A stretch of 64,000 nucleotides of DNA from Dimorphilus gyrociliatus (taxonomy: Eukaryota > Animalia > Annelida), in assembly GCA_904063045.1 (NCBI GenBank), contig CAJFCJ010000019.1, positions 3,292,684 through 3,356,683 of the forward strand, given 5' to 3'. Made by a program: the position numbers and the translations under genes. The stretch's first letter is position 1. Each line of letters begins with the position of its first letter. Positions 19,337 to 30,778 of the stretch are shown here, one piece after another. The notes below the pieces were generated by a model. The model saw nothing but the letters and a program-made list of their open reading frames with translations, ran no database searches and had not been told where the DNA came from.

Positions 19337-20833
19337 ATGGCTGTATCAAGACAGAGGAATGTAAGTATCAGAAAAGCTGCAATTTTATTTGAAATTTTAA
19401 GCAAATAACAACGCCGATGGACCGGTGAAAGTTACCAAGCGCCATTTTTAAATTTTTTCGCGCTCACCTTTTTCTCTTTGTAGATGCAACTGCTAGGCGA
19501 CTCTCAGAAACCGGGTTTGGACAGTGAAAATATGAATGCGGGAAAAAACATTTTGGGCGAAAAGACGTCTGTAGTGACACGTTCAGCTTTGGGAAATATT
19601 AGTAATAAGAACACTACAACGGCTCATGGTGTACAAGCTCGAAAGTACTCGAAGAAGCATGTATTAACGAACAAGGAAAATGCTGCTATTACAACAAGAA
19701 GTAGAGCTAAAGAGATCGCTTCTTCCATGGCTATCAAAGATAAAGTCAAAGAAAAGTCTCCAAGACGAGAGACTGCCATGGAAGTTGTTGAGGAGCCAGG
19801 TGTAGTCATATATGATGTCGATAAAGAAGACCAGGGTAACCCACAGCTTGTTAGCGAATACGTTCAAGACGTGTACGCGTATTTAAGGAAATTAGAGGTT
19901 GTCTCTTTGACTTTTATTGCTTATCAGTGCACGGGTAATTTTTTCAGAGAGAAATTGAAATAAAAGAAGACTTTCTGTCATTGAAGAAAGACAACCCGAT
20001 TAAACCCCGCATGAGAAAAATCTTGATTGACTGGTTGGTCCAGGTTCACTCTAGATTCCATTTGCTACAGGAAACTCTTTACATAACTGTGTCTATCATT
20101 GATAGATTCCTTGAGGTAAAAAAAATTTAAAAAAACCCATTCTTGTTTATATTTTGAAAATTTCAAACAGGAGGCATGTATAAGTCGGAACGAATTACAA
20201 CTCGTCGGTGTGACGTCCATGCTAATTGCTTCAAAATACGAGGAAATGTATTCACCGGAAGTGAATGATTTCGTTTATATCAGTGATAAAGCTTACAAGA
20301 AAGAGGAAATCCTTAGAATGGAAATGATTATCCTGAGATCACTAGATTTCCGTCTTGGAAAACCCATTCCGCTACATTTTTTACGTCGATATTCTAAAGT
20401 GGCCGAAGTAGATGCCTTGAAACATGGCCTAGCCAAGTACTTAATGGAGTTGTGCTTGACAGAATATTCTCTTTGCCACATACTACCATCAAAAATTGCT
20501 GCAGCTGCCTTATTTATGTCAATGAAGGTATTGGGTGGCGAGAATGCCGAATGGGTAAGAAACGAAGTATTATAAAAAGTTTATCAAATGCTGTAAACAC
20601 TTTTCCCTTTTTGACAGACTGATGCCCTCATCCACCATAGCACCTACAGACAACAAGATCTCATTGATGTTTTGAGAAAAATGGCGGTTTTAGTGAAAAC
20701 AGCTGACTCGGGAAAAACAACTGCAGTTTATCGAAAGTACTGTGGATCTAAACATTTGCGTGTGGCAAGTATGGTCGAATTAAAATCTCCTGTCATCCAG
20801 AATTTGAGTAGATTGGCAGAATCAGTAGAATAA
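19337..20833 (+). CDS. CCNB: Cyclin B (G2/M); exons start 19337, 19484, 19948, 20171, ~20618
   Basis: D-box RSALGNISN; cyclin box [24 protein letters not shown]; [31 protein letters not shown]. Confidence 0.96.
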
Positions 20834-20888
20834 GTTGTTGATATTTATTAAAGCCCGATTTGGAACTCGTGAGTCCGCTCCGTCATTG

Positions 20889-20921
20889 TTTTTATGCAAA
20901 ATTTTTTATCATCGATTTTAT
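20889..20921 (+). promoter_or_regulatory. Candidate cytoplasmic polyadenylation elements in the cyclin B 3' UTR
   Basis: TTTTTAT at 20889-20895 and 20903-20909, TTTTAT at 20916-20921. CPE control of cyclin B mRNA is established, but chance matches are common in AT-rich DNA. Confidence 0.4.
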
Positions 20922-21063
20922 TCATATTTGTTAAAGGACAAGCGCGCAGTAGTTGTTGAATCCTTTATTAAGAAAGTGTCCCGCGAGCCTACCTGTAAGA
21001 GGTTTTAATGTTATGTTGATGTTGTGTGTAAACTTAGCGGTATATGCCCGAACGAAAGCCGAT

Positions 21064-22212
21064 TTATTTCGTATCAATATTGTTGGAAATGAATAAACGA
21101 TCACTCGTAGGCGAATAATTTTGATGACTGTCTTTATTCATTAGCTGCGAATTTGAATTAAAATTATTTCGCTTGGTCTTAGGGAAACGTCCCTTTGACA
21201 GAAACCTAGCAAAGTACGGGTCCAAGTGATACAATTTTTCAGCTAAGCGGCTTCCTGAGCCAAGTGATTCCCTACCACCATTTATATAAGCCTGCTGATA
21301 GCTTTTTCTTAAGAGAGGTTCCAACGTGGAAGCTCTCGCTGTTGATTGCTCAGTCCATTTTTCTTGCTTCTCGTTAATGATACTAACTCTAAGGCGTCGA
21401 TGCAATAGGCAAACGAGCAGAATTATTACAGCAAGGACCAATATTGTAGAAAAGATTAAGAGTAGGGTATTAAAAAAGGGCTTTAGCCAGAAAGAATATG
21501 AACCACCTCTTGGCTTGTTTGGCGGAATGAAGCATTTATTTATTGTATTCGACCCTACTTGAAGAGTGGTGGCTCGGGCAGGACAACGTTCACAGAAATG
21601 TCCTGATTTTCTCTGATAGAATCCTAACTCGCAGGGTATACATTTTTCGCGATAATAGTATCCTAAAGGACAGCTGTCAAATTGGGTATACTTCAGGTTA
21701 TACATTGACGACCTGTTGCACGATTGACAGCACAGTCGATTATATATGCCCTTCCAGCAGAGGCCCCTGGATGCTATATCTGGACACGACTCATCTTTAT
21801 CTCCATATCTGCAATTAGGAGATTTGGTTTGCAACTCTCCACATGTTTTGCAACATTCACTCTCCAGCGTATAGCAATGACCGGAAAAATTTCTTATAAC
21901 TTTGCAATCAGTGGATCTGTCGCCCCATAAGCAATGACCATTTGTTCGGCGACTTTGATCCATCTTCTCTAAACAAGTCTGGCAACAAGCCCTCGATATA
22001 GAAGTAAAAAGGTCGTTGTTTGTTTTGTAGCACATGTACAGATTTTTACTAGTCCTTAAGATATCTTTACAAAAAGGCGTCGAATCGACGCAATTTACAT
22101 CGGTATTATCTAATTGCCCTCTTGAAAATGAAAAATACTCGGAAAAAAGTAAACAACTGATTTGCAAGTACATCTTCCTGAACAATTGTATAGCAAATGA
22201 TTTAAATGCCAA
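21064..22212 (-). CDS. Intronless type-I membrane protein (382 aa): possible signal peptide, three 6-Cys PLAC-like repeats, GCC2/GCC3 (ephrin-receptor-like) Cys repeat, TM helix, ~110-aa tail
   Basis: Repeats ending CCQTC, CCKTC, CCQSC; CPLGYY..CIPCELGFYQ..CERCP..TTLQVGS..C; hydrophobic FFNTLLLIFSTILVLAVIILLVCLL followed by HRR. N-terminus uncertain. Confidence 0.85.
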   Translation of the reverse strand: MAFKSFAIQLFRKMYLQISCLLFSEYFSFSRGQLDNTDVNCVDSTPFCKDILRTSKNLYMCYKTNNDLFTSISRACCQTCLEKMDQSRRTNGHCLWGDRSTDCKVIRNFSGHCYTLESECCKTCGELQTKSPNCRYGDKDESCPDIASRGLCWKGIYNRLCCQSCNRSSMYNLKYTQFDSCPLGYYYREKCIPCELGFYQRKSGHFCERCPARATTLQVGSNTINKCFIPPNKPRGGSYSFWLKPFFNTLLLIFSTILVLAVIILLVCLLHRRLRVSIINEKQEKWTEQSTARASTLEPLLRKSYQQAYINGGRESLGSGSRLAEKLYHLDPYFARFLSKGRFPKTKRNNFNSNSQLMNKDSHQNYSPTSDRLFISNNIDTK

Positions 22213-22263
22213 AATTACATCACTAATATATAGATCATTTTTTAAATCAGTATAAAAAAGATA

Positions 22264-25200
22264 CTACACAGCAGTACCATGATCTTCAGGACACCCTCCG
22301 GGATATCTTCTCAGTAGGCGACCTGTTTCCGGTGAACCTTTATTGTATAACGACCTGGAAAATTTATGAAGTTTGTGAGTCAACGTTTTGGTTTTTGAAC
22401 AAGGAAACTTTCACTTTTGAAAAAGCAAGAGGAAAGAATGAGTGATTTTATTTCGAATTATTGAGGATGTCAATAAAAGCTTGAGTCACAAGTTATAGAA
22501 TTTCAAACAACAATTTAAAAAGAAATTGTTTATATTTTATAAAAAGAAACGGAGTGTATTGAATATCTTAGAATATTAATTTAAAGCATTGATTATCTAG
22601 CTTTGAGCAGATAAAATTTTTAGCCATTCAGTTTTGCTTTTCCATTATTTTGTGATTCGCAAACGATATATATATATGCTTTAAATGCGATTTTCGAAAC
22701 GCAGTTAAAAAGCACCAGAAGACGCGCTAAGCAACAGCGACAAAAAATGATTACAGTTCCCGATTAAATTACTTTTTATGTTAATGAAATTTTATCGAAA
22801 TCACAGGCCGAGCGCAGGCTTGTACCTTTCAAACATATTCGTCTGACGAAATTTATCAGTCGGCGAAGAAGGCGGCTCATCGACTTCTCCTATAACAGTT
22901 TCGGCTAGAGATCCAGCGATATTAGTATTTAAATGTTCTTGTAAAAGGCAAAAGTAAGTGTCAAATCTTTTTTCTTCCATTTGTAAGTAAGATTCAATAG
23001 ATTTGTGTTCCTCAATAAGGCGACTTTTAGCTCCCTTTTCGGGAGCTGTGCGAGAATGCTCAATAAGATCTTGCTTTAATTTTTTTAAATGCTCTTGATG
23101 ACTTAAGAATTGTTGTTGCTGAAAAAAAAACAATATTAAATATGTGCTTCATGTAAACATATTAAAGAAAGTTTGTAGAAAATATTAATACCGCGCTCAA
23201 TTTTGTATAGCTGGACGGCATGACATAACGCTGAAATTTTTTCTGTGAACTGCAAGGTGCAGGAAGAGGAGGTGCTGACAGAAAAGCTGATGTTCTATTT
23301 ATAGACAAAATCCACTCTTCAGTATCTTTTGTATTACTGCATTGGAACATATATTTTGATCCATCCGCTGTGTATAAAGTGAACACGTGCTGTTTTTTTT
23401 TATAGTCTAAGGCTGGCTCAGCGAAAGCGTGATAAATTCTAATCAAATTATCTGGATTATCAGTAACTCCTTGCTTCTTGAAACCATTTTCGTTCTTATG
23501 CAAACAAAGAGCCATACCTTCTAACATGACGTAAAACATTTTCCACTTACGTTTTCCCAGTGGTGCTGTTAAAAGCGAAAGATTTATGTTAAATAATTAA
23601 ACTCCCTATTAAGCTTTTGTGCTAACTTTTTTTGCCGTTAGAATACCAACAGCATTTCCTCATCATGTAACCTTTTTTCTGTCCTTCAAGATTTCCTTGA
23701 GATTCCTGCGGCTGCAATAATATTATTTCCTTTTTATTAAAAAATTACCAAACCAATAACAATAACACAATACTTACAGGCTCTGGAATAGACCTATTAT
23801 CGTTTAATTGCGGTAGATCGTCTTGTTCGCTATATAGAAAAAAAAACAGACAACCATTAAAGGAAATATATTTATTTTTATATTATTAATATACAAACAC
23901 TTGGCAAACTAAAGGCTCGTTTTTTATACTTTGATAGATTTGCATTAATATTTCCTTAGGAAAGTTTTCTCCATCGTTTAAGCATTGCAAATTTTCAATA
24001 AATTGCTTGCAGGTCATCTTTCGTTCTGGCTCGATTGCCTAAATAGAAAATTAATCATTTTAGACGATGAAAAAATTTCATATAAAATTCCCTCACCGTA
24101 TTATTTAAATCACCATTTAAAAGCAAAATCGCACAAGTCAGAGTGTGGCAAGAATCTGCAAACGTAAATCGGATTCAAAAACAATCGATAGAATTCAATT
24201 AAAAGGATAAAAAAAATGATATGAAAAATATAACGAATTAGCTTACCATCCGAATTGAAACATCCTGGATTTAATAGTACAAATCTTTGAGCGAAATGAA
24301 CTAATACACGTTCCCTCTCGCATGTCTCGCCCGTTAAAACAATATGTGATAAAAATTCTCGGAGTGCCTTATCCAGACTATATCCTTCAAAACTAAAATA
24401 TTTTAAAAATTCATCCCCAACCAGCTGAGAGAATTCATTTCTGATAATAAACAAACAAAATGTTAGTTAATCAATTAATAATAGTTTTACATTGATTTAT
24501 TACTTTTTGCTTAAATGTCGTGAAATGTCGCTTTTCTTAAAACCGTCTAAGCTGTACAATCTTTTTGCTAACCTGGCTGCTGAAGGCCTATCAACCTATA
24601 AGTATCAAAGGATTGGAATTAATCATTGAAAAAAAATAATTGATAGTCAGGCTTTACCTCTTTAATTGGTTGATGATAGAGACTCTCAGCATCTGAACCA
24701 TCGCTAGAGGCCAATGATTCGGCTCTTTCTGCTGGACTTGGGGGATTTGAATGAGGTTCGCTTGACGTAATTTTAAATTGGTCCACCTCAATTTTCTGAG
24801 GTTTCGAATAGCTTTCGGTATCGGAGAGTTGCAGGTCAATTTCTCGACGTAATTTATCGAACATTGCGTGTACGTCTTCTTCCACAATAGCTTCCTGAAC
24901 TGCTTGAGGAAATTCCTTAGGATCTTTTGTTTTCGATTTGGCTACAGCGCGTGGTTCTTCCCCGGCTATAAAGGTGGGCATATGGACTTTACGAGAGTTG
25001 ATTGTTGGCGAAATAGGATGATCGGGAGAGTTTTGAAGAGAAGTTGAATATTCCGGAACTTTCGTCGGAGAAGAACAATTTTCCAACGATTTGATTCTCT
25101 CGTTGTGCAATACATCCACAGAAGTTGCCATACCATCCAAATCAATATCAACCACAGCAGTCGTAATGCCTTGTAAATAGTTTTCGTGACTCTTACTCGA

Positions 25201-26905
25201 ACGCACCGATGAATTTGATAATGGGATGCGGCTAGACGAATGAGATATGGCATCCGTTGAACAATCCATCTCTAGACCAGAATCTTTAAGTGATGCGGTA
25301 GAACGGTTAGTTTCAAGCAGTATGTCAGAACTATCTTCTGGCAAAACAGCTGGCATTTCCTCGGCTTCAGCCAGAGGCGCTCGTCGAGGTATTCTTGATT
25401 TTTTACCATTTGTTTCTCGTTTTGGCTTGGGAGGCGGAGGGGACTTTTCAACATCTTTTGAAGGCGTAGTACGTATAATCTTATCGCCGGTCATTAAGAA
25501 TACGTCATAACGTTTACTTGGAGACGTTGTAGACGTTTCCGCAACGCTATTCAGTACATCCATTTCATAGATTGGATGGGGGGAGTGCTTGACCAGTAAT
25601 TGATGAGATTTATTTATAGGTGTGACAACTTCCTGCAACTTGGCTGAATCAGGATCACAAGTGAGATATGGGGCAGCAATTTGCAGAATCTTCCTCTCTA
25701 TAATACAAAGAGTTTCATCTGTTTTTCTCTTTTCTCAAAAGTTTAGATATAATCGTGCCTTACCTCTCCTTATTCTAAGATTAATCTGGTTACCGGTTTC
25801 CTTAATTAACTTTACAGCTGAAAAAATAAATATTCAAAGCTGGGTTATTGACATATAGAATGTCAAAAGAAATATTAATAGGAAAAAGACTAAACTAAAA
25901 TTAGGATGATGCACATGCTTTTCTAAACAATAAGAGATCATTTCTTTTCTTTTTTATATTTTAACAGCAAAAAAATTGGCTTTATCGCAGAAATTAAGCC
26001 AGTTGCCCTTGAACCAATAAAGTATGATAGAAGTAATATTTATAAGTATTTAATTATAATGATATATCAATTATACTAAAAGCTGAAGCTTGTATATATA
26101 GTATAAAGCAGTGATAATATGAAGTTTTTAATTTTTTTTTGTTAAATAGTAATCGTCTTTATATTATACCTTGTATATTAAAGAGAGATTGACAGATAGT
26201 ATATACAGTATATATATATATATATGTTTGAAGTATATACAATATGAATATATCTATATACTGTATATATATATATATATATATTATAGATACATGTGTA
26301 TATAGATATTGTATATACGGTAATACCTTTATGTTGTTAAATATGGTATATATGTGGAATATACTATGTATATACTATAAAGATACATATACATTAGGCG
26401 TAACCTGTCGTACCGTCAAGAGTTGTTAATCCTTTGATACACTCATCGTTCACGGCTTCTATCACGTCACCAACTTGAAGCTGGAGGATTATAGCATTCC
26501 ACTTTAGTCAAAAGACTAGAGCTTAAGCCGGTTTTATGCGATTTGATTGGAAGCAGAATCATTTAAAAAGTAGGCGAAGATCGAGATAATCACTTATGAT
26601 AATTACAGTCGAATTTTCATTGATGATCATATAATAATCGTAATACCATCAAATCGTTTTAAAATGTAAGTTATTATCAAGCATTGTTCTTTAAAAGCAA
26701 ACTATATAATCACTAAACAACAACGATTCGTATAACACACTGAAAAAAATCGAATTACCTCGGAATCAAAGGCTGCAGAACCGGATAAAATATCACAAAT
26801 TATATGCCACGGTAATAATCTAGATGGAAAACCGCCGATGATTGAGAATCCAAAGCCGATGCTGGGTCGTTTCTCGAGATGAACGTGAAATACTTTATCG
26901 TCCAT
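22264..26905 (-). CDS. PSD: Efa6/PSD Arf6 GEF with PDZ, MTED-like motif, Sec7, PH and coiled coil; stop at 22801 (unspliced) or 22264 (spliced)
   Basis: PDZ over three exons (GFGFSIIGG; LQVGDVIEAVN; LDAVKLIKETGNQINLRIRR); Sec7 AARLAKRLYSLDGF and LTGETCERERVL; PH GKRKWKMFY, DYKKKQHVF, WILSIN; FLSAPPLPAPCSSQKKFQR. Confidence 0.93.
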
Positions 26906-29362
26906 GATGAATTCATCGCGAAATCGCCTATGCTAAAAACCGGAGGGAGTGAGCAGCACCGCAGACACTGAGTCTGCCATACGCGTTTCACCTGATTTTG
27001 ATTATAATTTTATATAAGCTATTGTTTTGTGGACAGACGCTTATTTTTATTGTTTATATCTAATGAATTATGTAAGATAATTAGGAAAAAATTTATTCTT
27101 CAATTTTTCAGAAGAAATAGCAAAATTTTCTTCTTTTTTTTATTCTCTGTTAGACAATACTGTTATCTCAATATTTATGACTATATAGATTAGCAGAATA
27201 ATTTAAAGTCATTCAAATTCCAATCGATATAATAGCAATTTTATGATAAATGCCCAAAACAATTTATGTTCTCCTTGGACAAAGACTATAATTATACACT
27301 CTTTGGATCGCAAGCGTGAAAGAAATAGCAAATTAAGTAATTTTGATTGAAAAAAGTACCATTTTCTTTCTAGCTAGTTTTATTAAATGAAGGACCAAAA
27401 ATAAATGTTCAGATAAAGGGAAAATTTAAATGTAAAAACAAAGGTAACAGACTTAATTTTAATAAGGCCTTGAGCGTTCTAAAGAACAATGGAGGATTTC
27501 TAGGATGTTCTTTTTTTTTTTTTGTTCCGCACTCGATATAAATTATGACCAGAAGTTGTTTTGTATTATTTAAGATAGCTAGATGTAGAAATATTTCTTT
27601 TTCAACTAATTACAATTGATGCTTTAATTAAACATTTGTTCTATTTCAATTAAATGGTGAAATTTTTAGGAAATATTCAAATGGCTAGATAGTCAGAGCA
27701 CTCTTCAAGTACAATTATTTTACGCACTTGGTTGTGCACAAGTACGCATAACTGCGCATGTTAATATGAATAACTGTTCTATCACAGAGCGTTTCCCAAT
27801 CCCTCTATTATTATTATTTGTCGAAACTATACCGCACTGTTTCATCAGGAGTACTCAAGTTGAATTCTATTATATAATACTATATGTTCGAATTGATATT
27901 TGTGAGAAAAATGAATTATCTTCTTTTAACTGTAATTTATTTTAACCTTTTATATAAATCTTTAAAGGATTTAAGTAGCTTAAAAGAATTTTTTTTTTCT
28001 AGTTATAGTCTATATAAATTTACATTGTCTATTGACTAAGTATAGAACGAGTTCATACAGTGTTGAGTAAACAAGAGAGAATAAAATTCCTATCGGGTAT
28101 TATTAAATTCAGTGTGGTAGAAAACTCTTCTATAAATTCTGTATAAAAAGCATTTATACATGATACATTCGAAAATTTCTATTCATAATTAATGACATCT
28201 GTTCTTAAAGAGAGACAATTATTCATTTTGTAGGAAAGGCCAATTTACTAGTTGCATTCATAACATGATTTATTTATTAGGAAAAATATGTTACAGATGA
28301 CTAAACATAAAATTCCTGTTTCATTCAGCTTTAACAATAATAGTACCGATCATTTCACTACTTTTATTAAAAATAATAGTAAAAGTATTGAAAATATTAT
28401 TTTAAAAGGAGATTATCAAGAATTTTAGCTTTTCTACACACAAAAGTTGCATATTTACGTAGTAAAAGTTGATTACGAGATAGAATGGAAAATATCTTCG
28501 GCTAGTCTTTTTTCTTTTTTTCTATTAAAACAGTGCCTTAAAGATGAAAGAAAAACGTATTGTAAGACTGAATACTACTTCCAAAGTAATTGACTTTTGT
28601 ACAACTACTATAAATGCAAGCGTTTCTTTCTTAGGCTTGTAAAATGCAACATTAAAACAAGTAATAAAAGCTTTGTAAGAACTACTTTTTTTTTTTAAGA
28701 AAAAAAAATTACTTCCAATTTGGTTTGGAAATTATATCTTCCCAGTTTGAGGTGACTGGATTTTTGTAATTAAGTAATACTAGTACAACACGGAAAGAAT
28801 ATCTAAAATAAGAAAATTGTTGTACTTTAGCTAAGTAAACATAGTTGTTTAAAAATAACTTAAATCTGTTTCCTACTATGGTAGACTGGTTGTTTTGTGT
28901 AATGGAAACTTGGAGATGTTTTGATAAAACTATTCTGAATAGAGCTACTAAACTTTTCTTATCCAAAATGAGATACTTGAATAAAAACTAACCTTGCCAT
29001 CTGGTGGTTTTCGGAGGTTACTCCTTCGATTACGTAATTTTTTTTTATGAATCCTTTGAACAATCTTAATACACTTAAACTTTCCCATAGTTGATAAAGA
29101 CATAGAGAAGCTTTGACAGTTTGAAAGTTTGGTCACTGAAATTATTCAAATCTGTTTTTTCCATCCAATTCAGTTGGAAAGCAGTGGCAGCTTATTCAGA
29201 CTTCACTCCTTCCGTAACGACGAATAATACAGACGAAAGTTTACTGAGCGGCTGCTAATACTGGTTGTACTATTTAAAAAAGTGAGTATTACTAACGTTG
29301 ATGAGCAATATATATTAGTTAGAAAGCGTTTCCCTCGACGCTTCGTTTGCTAAGTTGCAGTC

Positions 29363-30654
29363 ATGGATTTGGATTATGATAATCCGGATGACGTGCGACT
29401 ACGAAAAATGGAACTGGAGAGGAAGAAAACGTTATTGGAGGAGAAATTGAAAGGAAAGTTAGACGAGCTCAAAGCTATTTGCATAGAGGAATACGTATGT
29501 AACTGTAAATATAACAATTCAGGATTGTAGCTAAGCAGAGTTTATGAACAATTTTTAGGACTTAACGGGTCGTGTGCCTGATGAATATAAAATGATCCCA
29601 GGTTCCCCTCTACTTAAATTTCGTAGAAAATTCGGCGCTTCCTTTCGTTTCTCGCCAAAACTGCTAGCTGACGACTCGGATCCAGAGATGGACGATTTAG
29701 AAAAACAAGTGGAAATTAACAGATCCGTTGTTGCTGCTAACGAAAAGGTTTATAAAGAATCAAAAGGTATTTTAAGGAGAAGACACAAGCTACAATATAA
29801 AACAAGCGCAAGTGAATTGAAGAAATTAGAGGAAAGGCTTATCAACTTAAAGATCGAAAAGGGTAAGAAGCCTATTCGTGTGTCAAATTCAATAGAAGAC
29901 TGCAGTGATGAGCACTCACTAGACGAGCTGGACAATTCAAGGGATTCTTCTCCAGTTAAAAGAGAGGCCGTTATAAAGTCCTCGTCGATGGTAAAAATAC
30001 TTTTATATTACTTTTTAATAGGTTTTTATTAAAGCCCATTTTAACTCTATTAAGGTCGAATATATAGAAATGACTCCAAGTTCGAAAACAAGTCATCACA
30101 GCCGTTTTTCTCCGTCATTTAAGAATATCGCACAATTAAGATCACCAGATTTTAAATCCCCCCCTTCACCGTCTTTTAGACGCTCATATCAGAGTTTTCG
30201 TCAATCATCCATTCGAAACAAAAACTATTCTTCAATATCGCAACGTTATAGTGATAAACCAGGGGAACTGACTGAGTCGCCTGATCAAGTGGCACACTTT
30301 CGACGATCACAATACTCGTCGTTAAGACTGAATGACAGAGACAGGTCGTTTAGCGATCCGAGAAAATCACGCAACTGTTTTGAAATAGCAAAACCATTCT
30401 TGTCTCCCGATGCGATAAAATATAGTGAAAGTAAACGACGTCAGATGACTTTACTGTCATCTGATAACGTTCACAGATCCCGTGCCAATTCCCAGCCGGA
30501 GAGGCAAACGTTTAGATTTATACGATCTCCTCCCCACTTCAATAACAATTTTAGCGATTTGGATGAGACAAACCAAACAGATCTTTTCTCTCCCGTAAGA
30601 AATAATTGGTTCTATTACGGAAACCGTCATATGCATGATTCAACACTTGTATGA
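29363..30654 (+). CDS. CUPID (DUF3338) domain protein, CCDC120/INAVA/FRMD4-related, no FERM seen; exons 29363-29494, 29559-29990, 30055-30654
   Basis: KLDELKAICIEEYDLTGRVPDEY..PG..RRKFGASF..RRRHKLQYKTS..LKKLEERL..GKKP resembles the recalled FRMD4A CUPID; Ser/Arg-rich tail; phases join. Confidence 0.85.
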
Positions 30655-30709
30655 AATGAGCTGTACAGTATTGTTTTTTTATCCAATAGTTCTTGTCTAC
30701 TTTCTCTCT

Positions 30710-30711
<2 letters not shown>

Positions 30712-30765
<54 letters not shown>

Positions 30766-30778
30766 ATATATTATATAT
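30712..30778. repeat. (TA)n microsatellite downstream of the CUPID gene
   Basis: Directly visible. Confidence 0.92.

Noticed and set aside
26040-26400. Degenerate TA-rich tract and ORF 26244-26429 in an Efa6 intron
   Set aside because: Decayed microsatellite; no terminal repeats or coding signal for a mobile element.
28709-29136. Two short minus-strand ORFs in the Efa6/CUPID spacer
   Set aside because: No homology cues; TTG/GTG-type starts or AT-biased composition.
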